64,000 nucleotides of DNA, taken from positions 1,920,001 to 1,984,000 of the forward strand of contig OY969564.1 in the NCBI GenBank assembly GCA_963701095.1. The letters are read 5' to 3'. The stretch comes from an uncultured Methanoregulaceae archaeon. Lineage in GTDB: Archaea > Halobacteriota > Methanomicrobia > Methanomicrobiales > Methanospirillaceae. Shown piece by piece: positions 37,145 through 48,023 of the stretch (positions are counted from its first letter, which is position 1; every line of letters starts with the position of its first letter). The notes beneath the pieces were generated by a model that saw nothing but the letters and a program-made list of their open reading frames with translations, did no database searches and had not been told where the DNA came from. The translations under genes were made by a program, and so were the position numbers.

Positions 37145-37216
37145 GCCAAGGTGGCGGAGCGGCCACGCGGTTGACTGCAGATCAACTACACTCCGGTTCA
37201 AATCCGGACCTTGGCT
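37145..37216 (+). tRNA. tRNA-Cys(GCA)
   Basis: GCCAAGG/CCTTGGC acceptor stem with U73, anticodon loop CT-GCA-GA, T-arm TCCGG-TTCAAAT-CCGGA. Confidence 0.95.
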
Positions 37217-37300
37217 TGGATCGGATTCCAGAAATGGGATGCCGATCTGACGAAGAATAGCATCTAATTCTTCGGCTGCAAACAAAAAAGCAAATCATGT

Positions 37301-37427
37301 GGTGATAGCGGCCATAGCTGTCGGGAAACACCTGGTCTCATTCCGAACCCAGCAGTTAAGCTGACACACGTAGTATGCTGTACCGAGGTACGCGAGTCCC
37401 CGGGAACCATACCAAGCTGCTATCACC
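37301..37427 (+). rRNA. rrf: 5S rRNA
   Basis: GGTGATAGCGGCCATAG...CATTCCGAACCCAGCAGTTAAG...GCTGCTATCACC with complementary termini. Confidence 0.93.
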
Positions 37428-37606
37428 TTCCTTCTTACAAGAAGTCTGTTCTTATAATATTTTATCAGGGAGCGTACGCTTTCGTAACGTCATCGTATCG
37501 TTTTAGCGATCCTTAAGGCTCACGACCTTCTCTGACGTCTATCAGATCTTAATTGAAATTTTATATCTTCGTTCGTAACAATATCTGTCGTTTTTCTCTT
37601 TGGGAT

Positions 37607-38245
37607 TTAAGAATGCAAAGGCGCATTTTCTTCTTTTTGTCGAGCCGGGCAAAAATTGCAAATAGAAAAGAACACTTCTTTTTCGCGATCCCTGATGAGA
37701 CAATAGTAGATGCCGTCCCGGTCTTCAACCACAAATCCCCCCGGGAATGGCATTCCTACGGGATGACCGGGCTGATCCAGTACAAACATCGTAAACGCAG
37801 CCATGAGGTAGTAAAAGAGCCGGTGTCGCGGGGAGTAGTGAAATGGCGTTCTTTCTGCATTTTCATCCCAGGTAAAACAACCTTCGGGAATCATTGCACA
37901 GAACTTTTCAAAGAGCTCGCGATCCCGGATTAGTTCGCCAAAATGATTGGACTTTTTGGAGCGGTGCAACAGAAGAAGCCGATGGTGTGCCCCGAATATC
38001 TGTTCGTGAAAAAACGGGCGGACCCGGCTGCGATATGGTTCAGGTAAAACATTTACTTCCAAAAACAGACGTCCACCAATTATCTGGAGATCAGGAAGGG
38101 AATACCTGTTTACCTCGGCAGCAATGGCGTCGCATAAGTCATCTTTTGTTTTTGCCGTTTCAAGGCGATGCGCGATGACTGCAATCTCCTCTTTTTTCAA
38201 GGGTAGACTTTTCTCGTTATTACCCATCATAGATCCATGATCCAT
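37607..38245 (-). CDS. DUF2115/UPF0305 family methanogen protein
   Basis: LPEPYR, GHPVGMPFPGG, YYC and C-terminal CNFCPA motifs. Confidence 0.78.
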   Translation of the reverse strand: MDHGSMMGNNEKSLPLKKEEIAVIAHRLETAKTKDDLCDAIAAEVNRYSLPDLQIIGGRLFLEVNVLPEPYRSRVRPFFHEQIFGAHHRLLLLHRSKKSNHFGELIRDRELFEKFCAMIPEGCFTWDENAERTPFHYSPRHRLFYYLMAAFTMFVLDQPGHPVGMPFPGGFVVEDRDGIYYCLIRDREKEVFFSICNFCPARQKEENAPLHS

Positions 38246-38342
38246 ATTACCGTCGTTGTTGTACCGTGTGAGCCAGTACCATATTATCCTGTTCCACCGG
38301 ATACATTCGAGCCATTATTTCAAAAGAAGTTCGACAAAACGC

Positions 38343-38543
38343 TCAACAGGTTACATGTGTCATTTCCATTGTTGACGAAAGAAACTCCAGCATGGATATG
38401 TCATTTCCCGGGAAATCCCATGTGCGTTGCAGGCTGACGGCGTTTCTCATCCTTGCTTCCCTAGGTCTCCTTTTCGGTCGCCCCCGAAAGTGCGACTCCT
38501 GTTCTAACCGGCGCAATTTTTTCGTCAATTCTCCCATACCCAT
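38343..38543 (-). CDS. Hypothetical basic protein, 66 aa
   Basis: ATG-start ORF filling the gap; no motif. Confidence 0.35.
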   Translation of the reverse strand: MGMGELTKKLRRLEQESHFRGRPKRRPREARMRNAVSLQRTWDFPGNDISMLEFLSSTMEMTHVTC

Positions 38544-38665
38544 TAGATCATTTCGGGTTGGTCAAAGGATCTATTACGATGAATTTGTTGGGAAAAATCT
38601 ACACTCATCTTTTGCTAGTGTGACAAAACAATATCTATACTACCACCGGTGTCCCACTTTTTTGT

Positions 38666-39121
38666 ATGGACAATACCAAGGCTGCCCGCGATGCGCTTCC
38701 CGGCACAACCATTCCAGAGAAACTAGCCTCGATTGGAATAGAGCGGGGAAGGATGATTGAGGTTCGCGATCTGGAAGAAATTGGGCGTGATTATGGGATT
38801 GTTGTTTACCTTTTTTTTGAAAAAGATCTCGCGACCAATCATGAATTTGCGCAAATTGAAAACGAATTTCGTAATGTTCCTGAATACGAACGTCCATATG
38901 TCAAGGTTGACAGTTTCCTTAAATTCACCCGGGAGAACGATCCTTCATTTAACCGTACTCTCGATGAATTCCCACTTATGATTGAAATTGTTACAGTTGG
39001 TGAACTGCACGATCCACAAACCGGAAATGCACAGTTGTTTATCACCGGTCTTATGCCATTCTTAGAAGATTTTGATGTAGATACTGATCTGCTATCACAA
39101 CCAAAAGAAAACAGATGCTAA
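38666..39121 (+). CDS. Hypothetical protein
   Basis: 151-aa ORF with protein-like composition; family not recognised. Confidence 0.7.
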   Translation: MDNTKAARDALPGTTIPEKLASIGIERGRMIEVRDLEEIGRDYGIVVYLFFEKDLATNHEFAQIENEFRNVPEYERPYVKVDSFLKFTRENDPSFNRTLDEFPLMIEIVTVGELHDPQTGNAQLFITGLMPFLEDFDVDTDLLSQPKENRC

Positions 39122-39179
39122 ATTTTTAATTGATGATGAATTGTGCATATATCGATTACCGCGATTGAGGATTACCTCC

Positions 39180-39539
39180 ATGACGAAGAAATTTCCCCGG
39201 TTTATCTGGCAGTTTGTAATCGGTTTTGGTTTTCTTTCGGGACTTTGGACTTCAATTGGCATTGACCCCGAGGGTCTTATCATAGCCGCCCTTGGATCTG
39301 CAGTGACAAAAATCTCTTCTGATCCCGCAATCCGGGTTTTCTTTATTCTCTTGCCATTAGTTATCCTGATAATATCTGTGGTAGGTGCGTATCGGAAAGG
39401 CAGAGTTCCAGGCCTGATCGCGGTCTTTTTCGCTTATGGGGCAGGACTTGTAATACTTTTATCGACTCTATTGGGACTGCTATTTCTCTTAGTAGCGATA
39501 GTGATCGCATACAATTCTACGAAATCCAGAAGAAGATGA
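39180..39539 (+). CDS. Hypothetical membrane protein (about 4 TM)
   Basis: Hydrophobic segments and a GLWTSIGIDPE motif. Confidence 0.7.
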   Translation: MTKKFPRFIWQFVIGFGFLSGLWTSIGIDPEGLIIAALGSAVTKISSDPAIRVFFILLPLVILIISVVGAYRKGRVPGLIAVFFAYGAGLVILLSTLLGLLFLLVAIVIAYNSTKSRRR

Positions 39540-39595
39540 AAAGAAATCCGGGTAACTCAACACTATAAATTCTGGCACGACAAAAATATCTGTTC

Positions 39596-40339
39596 ATGAG
39601 TTTGTTTCCCAAGAAAAATCTTATCGGTTATTTTGATACGATTGTCCCGAGTAAATATCTCTTGAAATTTAGAAAACTGGCTGTTTTAGAGCCTTTTATG
39701 GGGTATGATATTGCACAGAGGGGACGACTTTCACACTATGGCTGCGCCGAGCGTAAGGAGTTTGCATCCAACCTGAAAAAGATCCGTTCTGATACTGACC
39801 TTCTCTTGGAAGACATCGAAGCATATCAAATCTATATGGCCGCAAAAATCACCGAAAAAGTTGCCGGCGATATAGCGGAAGTCGGTGTCTACAAAGGTGG
39901 TTCTGCCAAGATCATATGTTCGGCCAAGGGAGAACGTGTGCTTCATCTCTTCGATACCTTTGCCGGACTCCCCCGTGTAGACGATGTGGACGCTGTATGG
40001 CCGTTTTACGAAGGGAAATTTGCCGCATCCTATGATGATGTGAAAACCTATCTGTCACAAGAAAAGAATGTTTTTCTTTATAAGGGAATCTTCCCTGATA
40101 CGTCAGGACCCGTAAGAGATATAAGGTTCTCTTTTGTCAATCTTGATGTGGATACTTATAATAGTACGAAACAATGTCTCGAATTTTTCTATCCCCGGAT
40201 GAACTCAGGAGGTGTAATCGTTTCCCATGATTACCTTACAGCACCAGGAGTACGGAAAGCAGTAGACGAATACTTCGCCAATAAACCTGAACCGGTAGTC
40301 GAGACTGCAGCTTCACAGTGCATTGTCGTGAAACTGTAA
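39596..40339 (+). CDS. TylF/MycF (macrocin O-methyltransferase) family class I methyltransferase
   Basis: GDIAEVGVYKGGS, LFDTFAGLP, KGIFPDT, NLDVDTY and GGVIVSHDY motifs. Confidence 0.87.
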   Translation: MSLFPKKNLIGYFDTIVPSKYLLKFRKLAVLEPFMGYDIAQRGRLSHYGCAERKEFASNLKKIRSDTDLLLEDIEAYQIYMAAKITEKVAGDIAEVGVYKGGSAKIICSAKGERVLHLFDTFAGLPRVDDVDAVWPFYEGKFAASYDDVKTYLSQEKNVFLYKGIFPDTSGPVRDIRFSFVNLDVDTYNSTKQCLEFFYPRMNSGGVIVSHDYLTAPGVRKAVDEYFANKPEPVVETAASQCIVVKL

Positions 40340-40418
40340 TTTTAAATAACGGTCCTCTTTTTAGAGCACTTTTGTAGAAACAAACATCAATTTTAAAAAA
40401 AAAACGTTGTGCACCCTC

Positions 40419-40598
40419 TTATTCCTTGAAAATCAGGACTCCAAAGATGATGAACATCAGTCCTGCCAGGAGAACTACTATGCCAATGAGACCTTTAACT
40501 GCAACAACTACATCGGGAAGGAACTCCACAATTGCATAACCGCCCAGTATCAGGAGTACGATGCCCACTACCAGTGCCGCAATTCCGGTTTTATCCAT
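40419..40598 (-). CDS. Small 2-TM membrane protein
   Basis: Two hydrophobic helices; sits at the end of the ppsA...METTL5 run. Confidence 0.6.
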   Translation of the reverse strand: MDKTGIAALVVGIVLLILGGYAIVEFLPDVVVAVKGLIGIVVLLAGLMFIIFGVLIFKE

Positions 40599-40706
40599 AG
40601 ATTTATGCTCCAATATAGTCTCTCTAAATGACATCATATAAGTGTGTTGCCTTAAGATATCGGACTTATAGTGGTCTTCTTATTTCAGTCATAATATCGA
40701 GGGATT

Positions 40707-41336
40707 TCAGGTACGGGTAATCCTGAGGATCTCAATTATGACCTCATGAACTTCCTTTGTATGGAAGGAAAACGATCTTTTTATAGGAAAGATGCCACCG
40801 ACTTGTCCGGTTACTTTTCCTCTACCTTTAATATATGACTCCACAAATGGGGTTGAACCCGCGTTAAAAATACCATACGTGACCGGGGCAAGAACAAGGG
40901 CACAGTCGATAAAAGGCCGGTCTGCGTGTAATTTCTGCTTCTGTGCGCCGAACGGAGGGTTCATGATTACGGTATCACAGGGACCGACTTGTTCCTCAAG
41001 GGTCGGTGTGGCAGTCGGACTACTCAGATCGGACACGATAAAGGAGATATCAACTTCGAACAGTGCCGCATTCGTTTGGGCTGCACGGATCGCTCCCGGA
41101 TCGAAATCAACAGCCATCACTTTTTTCGCGCCAAGCAGTGCTGCCCCAATTGCAAGGATACCCGTACCACAACCGAGATCCATCACCGCTTTTCGTTCAA
41201 TATCCCCGTGTAAGAATGCATCGTAAAGGAGCCGGGCTCCAAGCGGAGCTGGTGTCTGGTACTGCTCCCATTCTGCTCGCGGTTTCTCAAAACCTTTGCA
41301 CCGCTGCAATGCCATCTCCAGATGCCTGAGTTTCAT
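40707..41336 (-). CDS. METTL5-family RNA m6A methyltransferase
   Basis: EQYQTP, DLGCGTG and MNPPFG..HAD motifs. Confidence 0.9.
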   Translation of the reverse strand: MKLRHLEMALQRCKGFEKPRAEWEQYQTPAPLGARLLYDAFLHGDIERKAVMDLGCGTGILAIGAALLGAKKVMAVDFDPGAIRAAQTNAALFEVDISFIVSDLSSPTATPTLEEQVGPCDTVIMNPPFGAQKQKLHADRPFIDCALVLAPVTYGIFNAGSTPFVESYIKGRGKVTGQVGGIFPIKRSFSFHTKEVHEVIIEILRITRT

Positions 41337-42286
41337 ACGATCTCATCGATCATGTAATCGTCCCAGTTTCTTGCGCCACAGAGTATTTCGAATTCCTGTG
41401 GTGAAAGGACGGGTTTTCCAAATCGCACCTGATCGTCATAGGCAAGGCGAGGACATGCGGTGTTTACATAGCAGTCAAAGCCGAGGTTGAGTAATTCGTC
41501 GGGATTAATCTCTCGCATTGCAATAATAGATGTCCCTGGAACGAGTTTTGCAAGCTGCCTCGCAAGATCCCAGCGCTGCTGACCACTTTTTGTGCTGACA
41601 AGAATACCAATGTTCCGGGAGTTCCGGGCTTTTTCAATGATTGCAGACCGGCGCCGCAGGAGAGAATCAGCACTTACTTCGACCGCGGTGCCTGTGAACG
41701 GGTCAAGTGCAACGACCCGGGTTTTCGTCGAAAGTGCAATGCCGGTCGGATGGAAAATACCTGTTCCAATAAACAGGACTTCACTTACCCCGGTCATTTT
41801 TGCGGCGGTAAAATTACACCCTAAAACCTGTCCCCGGAGAGGTGCCCGGTTCGTCCCATGTGCCACTCGCACTTCATATCCCTGTGATGCGAGAAATGTC
41901 TCCATTTTCGGCACGAGATGGGCATGCTGTACCGTTGTTACAAGGCAAATGGTCTTTTCCCGGAGTAAAGGAAATGCATGAGAGAGGGTTGTGACATCAA
42001 AATCGACGGCCCACGGCTCGAAAATTACCTGGGGAGACTCTTCTACCGGGGCATGTCCGAAATGGACAAGAACGTCCGCCCCCCCTTGTGAAACTGTATC
42101 CAATGCGAGATCACACGCGCCGTAGCAGGGGTCGCCGCTTATGATAACAGAGAACCCTGCTGCTGTAATCTTGGAAGATACAGCTGCAGCCTGCCGTTTG
42201 AGGCCTTCTGGAAACTGGAGAACAACAGTACGCGCACCCCGCTGTTTCAGGGTCTGGATCAGGTCAGATGTACCGCTCAACCACAT
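41333..42286 (-). CDS. dph2: Diphthamide biosynthesis enzyme Dph2
   Basis: LQFPEGLK, PCYGACD, VHFGH, GQVLGC and TACPR motifs. Confidence 0.93.
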   Translation of the reverse strand: MWLSGTSDLIQTLKQRGARTVVLQFPEGLKRQAAAVSSKITAAGFSVIISGDPCYGACDLALDTVSQGGADVLVHFGHAPVEESPQVIFEPWAVDFDVTTLSHAFPLLREKTICLVTTVQHAHLVPKMETFLASQGYEVRVAHGTNRAPLRGQVLGCNFTAAKMTGVSEVLFIGTGIFHPTGIALSTKTRVVALDPFTGTAVEVSADSLLRRRSAIIEKARNSRNIGILVSTKSGQQRWDLARQLAKLVPGTSIIAMREINPDELLNLGFDCYVNTACPRLAYDDQVRFGKPVLSPQEFEILCGARNWDDYMIDEIV

Positions 42287-42812
42287 GCACCCGGTCGGTG
42301 ACATTGATCTTTACAAGCGACTTATACAGTCTCCCGATGTCGGGATCCCCACGCTGGATTGCAATACAGACGTCTATTACCTCAGCGCCTGCAATTTCGA
42401 GGGCAGAAAGAAGCGCCTTCATTGTGCCTCCAGTGCTCACCACATCATCGATAATCACCACGCGATCTCCTTTATAGACGCCGTTCAGGTACAGTTCACC
42501 TTTTGAGTAGCCGGTCTTCTGGTGGACCGGCACTTCAAAAGGAAGCTCGTACTCCCGTTTACGCATGACGGTAACGGGAATATCGGTCATAACTGAGAGA
42601 ACGGCTCCTATGTGGATGCCCATCGCTTCAACAACCACGATCTTGTCGACGTTGTTTAAATCGAGTACCTTTATCATCGCGGTGCAAACATCGCGAAGGA
42701 GCGCGGGTTCAATAAGAGGAACACCGTCGGTAATGGGGTGTATGAAATAATTATACTCCCCCCGTTTCACCATCGGACTTTTTTCAAGTGAATCAACCAG
42801 TTTTTCAAGCAT
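42264..42812 (-). CDS. hpt: Hypoxanthine/guanine phosphoribosyltransferase
   Basis: YNYFIHPITDGVP, EAMGIH and IIDDVVSTGGT motifs. Confidence 0.9.
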   Translation of the reverse strand: MLEKLVDSLEKSPMVKRGEYNYFIHPITDGVPLIEPALLRDVCTAMIKVLDLNNVDKIVVVEAMGIHIGAVLSVMTDIPVTVMRKREYELPFEVPVHQKTGYSKGELYLNGVYKGDRVVIIDDVVSTGGTMKALLSALEIAGAEVIDVCIAIQRGDPDIGRLYKSLVKINVTDRVHVVERYI

Positions 42813-43902
42813 GCATATCACTAAAATCCTTTAAGAATGCCTCAATTGTATCGCGATGCACATGTGGCATGCAAACGATCCGCAGATCGCCGTTCCGGGT
42901 CCATGAAACTTTCCATGGTTGAGGTGAGCTTTTGCAAACAAAAGTCGCAACATTGACGTCCGGGGTGGCTGCCGGTGCAATGCCGAGCGTCGCCATACCT
43001 GCGGCAAGGCGTTTTGTATTCTTCATGCAGCCGCAAACTACTGCTTTCATGCCCTCAGTACCAAGGTAATCGAGCACGGCAAGTGCACCTGCTACCGGGG
43101 CCCCGGTGCGGGTACCGGCAAGGGTAAATTCCTTTTTCACGGTGAGGTAGGGTGTATCAATATTAAGTGTATCGAGCAGATCAGGCTCCCGGGTAAGCAG
43201 GACACCTGCTGGAATGGTACTCATGCCCATCTTATGCGGATCGACGGCAATGGTAGTCACCCCCGGCAGGGCAAAATCAAAAGGAATAGGTTTTTCCAGA
43301 AACGGGATTACCATCCCACCGAATGCAGCATCTATATGAAGGCAGATGTCGTGCTGGTAGGCTATCTTTGCAAGATCCTCTATCGGGTCAACCATTCCAT
43401 ATTCGGTAGAGCCTGCAATACCAACCAGGCAAATTGTGTTTTTATCAATCTGTTCGGCAGCAATATCCGCCAGCATCCGGTGATCGGGTCCTGTAGGTAC
43501 TGTTCGCATCTCAAGGGAGAGGAGATCACAGGCTTTCTTAAACGAGAAATGGGCGGACTTTGGGAGAACCACGTTGGGGCAGTTTACCGGCTTTACAGCC
43601 TTTGCAAGCCGGAGCGCCTGTATATTCGACTCAGTACCTCCAGAAGTTGCGTATCCTCCTGCCTCTTTATGATGGAGAAGTATACCGAAGCGTTCAATAA
43701 GAAGACGTTCGAGTGCAGCAGTCCCGGGAAAGAGGCCTGGGTCGCCAAGATTGGTCTCCATGAACATGCAATGAGCTTTTACAGCGACCGGGTGCGGTAA
43801 TGTGCACATGGAGCTGAGAATGTACGTGTGATCGATGTCCTCTTTCTTTTGAGAGGATAAAAAAGAGAAGAGATCTTCTTCGGAAAGCCCTTTACTCAGC
43901 AT
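42805..43902 (-). CDS. mfnA: L-tyrosine/L-aspartate decarboxylase MfnA
   Basis: ILSSMCT.PH, NLGDPGLFPG, SGGTESN, HIDAAFGG and DPHKMG motifs; start at MLSKG overlaps the ppsA stop. Confidence 0.93.
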   Translation of the reverse strand: MLSKGLSEEDLFSFLSSQKKEDIDHTYILSSMCTLPHPVAVKAHCMFMETNLGDPGLFPGTAALERLLIERFGILLHHKEAGGYATSGGTESNIQALRLAKAVKPVNCPNVVLPKSAHFSFKKACDLLSLEMRTVPTGPDHRMLADIAAEQIDKNTICLVGIAGSTEYGMVDPIEDLAKIAYQHDICLHIDAAFGGMVIPFLEKPIPFDFALPGVTTIAVDPHKMGMSTIPAGVLLTREPDLLDTLNIDTPYLTVKKEFTLAGTRTGAPVAGALAVLDYLGTEGMKAVVCGCMKNTKRLAAGMATLGIAPAATPDVNVATFVCKSSPQPWKVSWTRNGDLRIVCMPHVHRDTIEAFLKDFSDMHA

Positions 43903-46182
43903 CGCGGTTTCTCGCAGCTTCGAGGATGATGCGTTTCTCGGTTTTAGCGACCGCTTCCCGGATCTTTGCAATGGCATCAATATTTGCAGAAATGCTGGTA
44001 ATCCCGTGTTCAACAAGCCAGATTGCCATCTTGGGATCTGATCCCGCCTGCCCGCAAATCGAGCACTCCACACCATATGCACGGCATTGCTGGATAGAAT
44101 TGTGAATCAACGTGAGAACGGCAGGGTGTTGAGGATTGTACATATCAGCAACATTCTCGTTGTTCCGGTCTATAGCTATAGTATACTGGATCAGGTCATT
44201 TGTCCCAAATGAGGCGAACTTGATGCCGGCTTTGAGGAAATCTTCAATCATTATCGCGCTTGCCGGAATCTCGATCATGATCCCAAGTGCTACATTATCT
44301 ACATCGACGCCCCAGCCTCTCATCATTTCTTTTGCCTTGATAAACTGGTCAGGATGGGAGACCATGGGGAACATAACTCCAAGGTGCTCGTAACCTGCCT
44401 TCCAGAGACGTTTAAATGCCTCAACCTGAAGCCTGAACTGATCAAAACTCTGGAGATCCCGGCGGATACCGCGCCAACCGAGCATCGGATTATGCTCATG
44501 AGGCTCACTCTCTCCGCCCTGCATATTCCGGAACTCATCAGTGGGTGCATCCAAAGTGCGGACCCACACGGTTTTTCCCGGGAATGCATCGAGCACAATT
44601 TTAATACCGTCGTAGAGTTCTTTTACGAACTCCTCTTCTTTGTGGTTAGCGATAAACCAGCCGGGTGTCTTGTTGAGTCCAAGGATCAGATGTTCGATGC
44701 GGAGGAGGCCGACACCGTCAGCCCCGGTTGAAGCTGCCCTTGCTGCCGCCTCGGGAATAGATACATTGACTTTAACACTGGTGGCTGTTATTATCGGTGC
44801 GTTGCCGCCAGATGTCATAAACGCCGCCGCTCCTGTCTTTGATTGTGTTGTTGCGGTGGAAACTTCACCCTCATAGACGATACCCATCTCGCCGTCTACT
44901 GTCACGAGCTGACCGTTTTTCAGTTGCTGCGTACCTGTCTTCGTCCCAACTACGGCTGGTGTACCCAGTTCCCTGCTTACGATGGCAGCATGACAGGTCA
45001 TCCCCCCTTCATCTGTAACTATAGCAGCGACCTTTCTCATTGCCGGAACCATATCGGGGTTAGTCATACGAGTGACAAGTATGTCCCCCTCTTTTACCGA
45101 ACCGGTGTCCTTTGCATCCCGGATAATGACTACCTTACCGGTCGCGGTACCCGGCGCCGCTCCCTGGCCTTTCAGGAGAATCTTTGCATCTTTATTATGT
45201 CCAGACATGCCCTTTGCCTCTTTTTTACCTATGGTTGTAATCGGCCGGGACTGGAGAATGTATATTGTCCCTGCCACAATCCCCCATTCAACATCCTGCG
45301 GTATTCCATAATGGTTCTCGGCGATCTTGCCATACATCGCAAGCTTGGCAATTTCCGCATCCGAAAGGACTTGCGTATCCTGCCTTGCCGGATCTACGGC
45401 GACAAGTTTCGTACCATGGGAGCCATCGGGGATAATTTCGACTTTCTTGTTAGCTATCGTCTTCTCTCCAACAGATTCTGTCCGCTGGTCAAAGATATAG
45501 TGATCGGGTGAAACCGAACCAGAAACAACTGCCTCACCGAGCCCCCACGATCCCTCGATAATAGTGATGGAATCGCCGCTTATAGGATGAGAAGTAAACA
45601 TAACACCGGCTTTTTCTGAATGAACCAGCTGCTGGACCACGACCGCTATATTGACCGTGTGTTCCTCAAATCCCTGTTTTGCCCGGTAGTAGATTGCCCG
45701 AGCCCCATAAAGCGAAGCCCAACAGTTCTGGACCGCCGTAATAAGCGCTGCCTCACCCTTGATATTAAGATAGGTTTCCTGTTGGCCGGCGAAGCTTGCG
45801 TCCGGAAGATCTTCAGCCGTGGCGCTCGACCGTACCGCGACAATCAGGTCATTTTGTGACATCTTCTTATAGGATGCTTTGATGTCATCTTTTAATGCCG
45901 CCGGCATCTTCGCCTTTATTACCAGTGTCTTTATTGTGTCAGCAGCCTTTTCGAGAACAGCATTATTTTCTACATCGATATTTTCAGAAACCTTGAAGAT
46001 CTTCTGATCAAGACCTGTCTCAACGAGAAACCGCCGGAATGCCTGGGCAGTGACCACGAACGCCGGGGCACCGGAAGGCCGATAGACGCCATCTCCCCAA
46101 GGGATGCTCCCTTGCCTCCAACAGATGAAATATCCTCCTTCCTGATTTCTTCGAGCCATAGAATATTGGGCACATCTTTCAT
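43892..46182 (-). CDS. ppsA: Phosphoenolpyruvate synthase, with a 1-nt deletion near 46064
   Basis: VGGKGASLGEM, AVRSSATAED, GGMTCHAAIVSRE, NPMLGWRG and SFGTNDL motifs. The repair gives GLPVPRAFVVT. Confidence 0.94.
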
Positions 46183-46312
46183 GCTCGCACCACTTATGAT
46201 CTCACTTTCCTCTTTTAAATTATGATCATCCTTCGGTGGTACCTATGACGATGCGATTTCGAGAACCGAGAAGAATCCTGATTAGCTATTGCGCAGATAT
46301 TGTATGGGTTTT

Positions 46313-47917
46313 ATGGCAAACGCGAGAGTGCTCGTCAGTGATCCGCTGGCGGAAGAAGGGCTTGCGATCCTCAAGGAAGCCTGTATAGTTGACGTTAATA
46401 CAGATCTCAAGGAGGATGAACTCTGCAGGATTATCGGTGATTACGATGCCCTGATCGTGCGGAGCGGAACTGAAGTCACCGCAAAGGTAATCGAGGCCGG
46501 GAAAAATCTCAGGTTTATCGGGCGTGCCGGCGTGGGTGTTGATAACGTGGATGTTGAGGCAGCAACCCGTCAAGGAGTAATCGTTGCAAACGCACCTGAG
46601 GGAAACACTCTTGCGGCAACTGAGCACACGATGGCAATGATGCTCTCACTGGCTCGCAACATCCCGCAGGCCAGTGCGAGTCTGAAAAAGAAGGAATGGA
46701 AACGTTCGAAATTTATGGGCGTGGAGCTTAACGAGAAGACGCTGGGAATAGTCGGTTTTGGGCGGATCGGGCGTGAGGTGGCAAAACGAGCAAATGCGAT
46801 GGATATGAAGTGTGTCGCATATGACCCGTTTATTTCGAAGGAACGTGCTGCCCAGCTCGGCGTCAAGGTCATGTCAATTGAAGAACTTTTCAAAGTCGCA
46901 GATGTCATCACGGTTCACACGCCGCTCATCAAAGAGACAAAACATGTCATCAACGCAAAGAGCATTGCGACGATGAAGGATGGTGTGCGAATTATTAATT
47001 GTGCCCGTGGCGGTATTATCGACGAATCGGCCCTTTACGACGCAATAAAATGTGGAAAGGTAGCTGGGGCGGCACTTGATGTCTTTGAGACTGAGCCACC
47101 GCTTGAATCCCCTCTTCTTACCCTTGATAATGTGATAGTCACCCCTCATCTTGGGGCAAGCACTGTTGAGGCACAGAAGAATGTTGCGATTTCAGTGGCA
47201 AAACAATGTGTCGAAGTTCTTAGTGGCGGCTCCGCGAAGTATGTCGTGAACGCCCCAATTGTACCTACAGAGCATGCCGAGATACTGGAACCGTTTGCCG
47301 AGCTTGCAGAGAAGATGGGGCGCTTTGCTATTCAAACCGTTGAAGGACGGCTTTCTTCGGTTGAATGCATTTACGGAGGTGAGCTTTCCGCTTATGCGGG
47401 AAGCACGAAGTTTGTTACCCGGCTTGTCTTGAAAGGACTTCTTGATCCGATTCTTCAGACCCCTGTCAATATCGTCAATGCCGAATTTGTCGCAAAAGAG
47501 CGTGGCATTACGGTAAGTGAGACGGTTACCGAGGAAGCTCACGGATTTAAAAATCTCATCACAATCCGGGTAAAGACCGACAAAACCGAAGAAACCGTCT
47601 GCGGGACGGTGTTTGTAAAAGGCCGCAGCCGGATTGTCTCGGTTGACAAATATACGATGGATTTGATTCCCGAAGGTTATGTCATCGTCTCACGACACCT
47701 TGACAAGCCAGGGGTGATTGGCCGGGCATCCACAATTCTTGGAAAATGCAGCATCAATATTGCCGGCATGCAGGTTGGCAGGATCAATCCCGGAGAAGAA
47801 GCTCTTATGGTCCTGAATGTGGACAGCGAGGTTCCCGCGGAGGTAATGAAAGAGATCCGTTCAATGCCCGGGATTTTCTCTGCGACTTTTGCCAAAATAT
47901 CTTCGAAGAAGATCTAA
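46313..47917 (+). CDS. serA: D-3-phosphoglycerate dehydrogenase (with ASB and ACT domains)
   Basis: RAGVGVDNVD, GFGRIG, NCARGG, TPHLGAST and DKPGVIG motifs. Confidence 0.96.
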   Translation: MANARVLVSDPLAEEGLAILKEACIVDVNTDLKEDELCRIIGDYDALIVRSGTEVTAKVIEAGKNLRFIGRAGVGVDNVDVEAATRQGVIVANAPEGNTLAATEHTMAMMLSLARNIPQASASLKKKEWKRSKFMGVELNEKTLGIVGFGRIGREVAKRANAMDMKCVAYDPFISKERAAQLGVKVMSIEELFKVADVITVHTPLIKETKHVINAKSIATMKDGVRIINCARGGIIDESALYDAIKCGKVAGAALDVFETEPPLESPLLTLDNVIVTPHLGASTVEAQKNVAISVAKQCVEVLSGGSAKYVVNAPIVPTEHAEILEPFAELAEKMGRFAIQTVEGRLSSVECIYGGELSAYAGSTKFVTRLVLKGLLDPILQTPVNIVNAEFVAKERGITVSETVTEEAHGFKNLITIRVKTDKTEETVCGTVFVKGRSRIVSVDKYTMDLIPEGYVIVSRHLDKPGVIGRASTILGKCSINIAGMQVGRINPGEEALMVLNVDSEVPAEVMKEIRSMPGIFSATFAKISSKKI

Positions 47918-48023
47918 ATTTTCTTCCTTTTTATAAACCGTTTTTCAAACTGATAATGCACAGAAATTCTCGTCGTATGCGATTTTAATATGAAAAAGAT
48001 GTCTGCGACTTTGCAGCAGCGCT

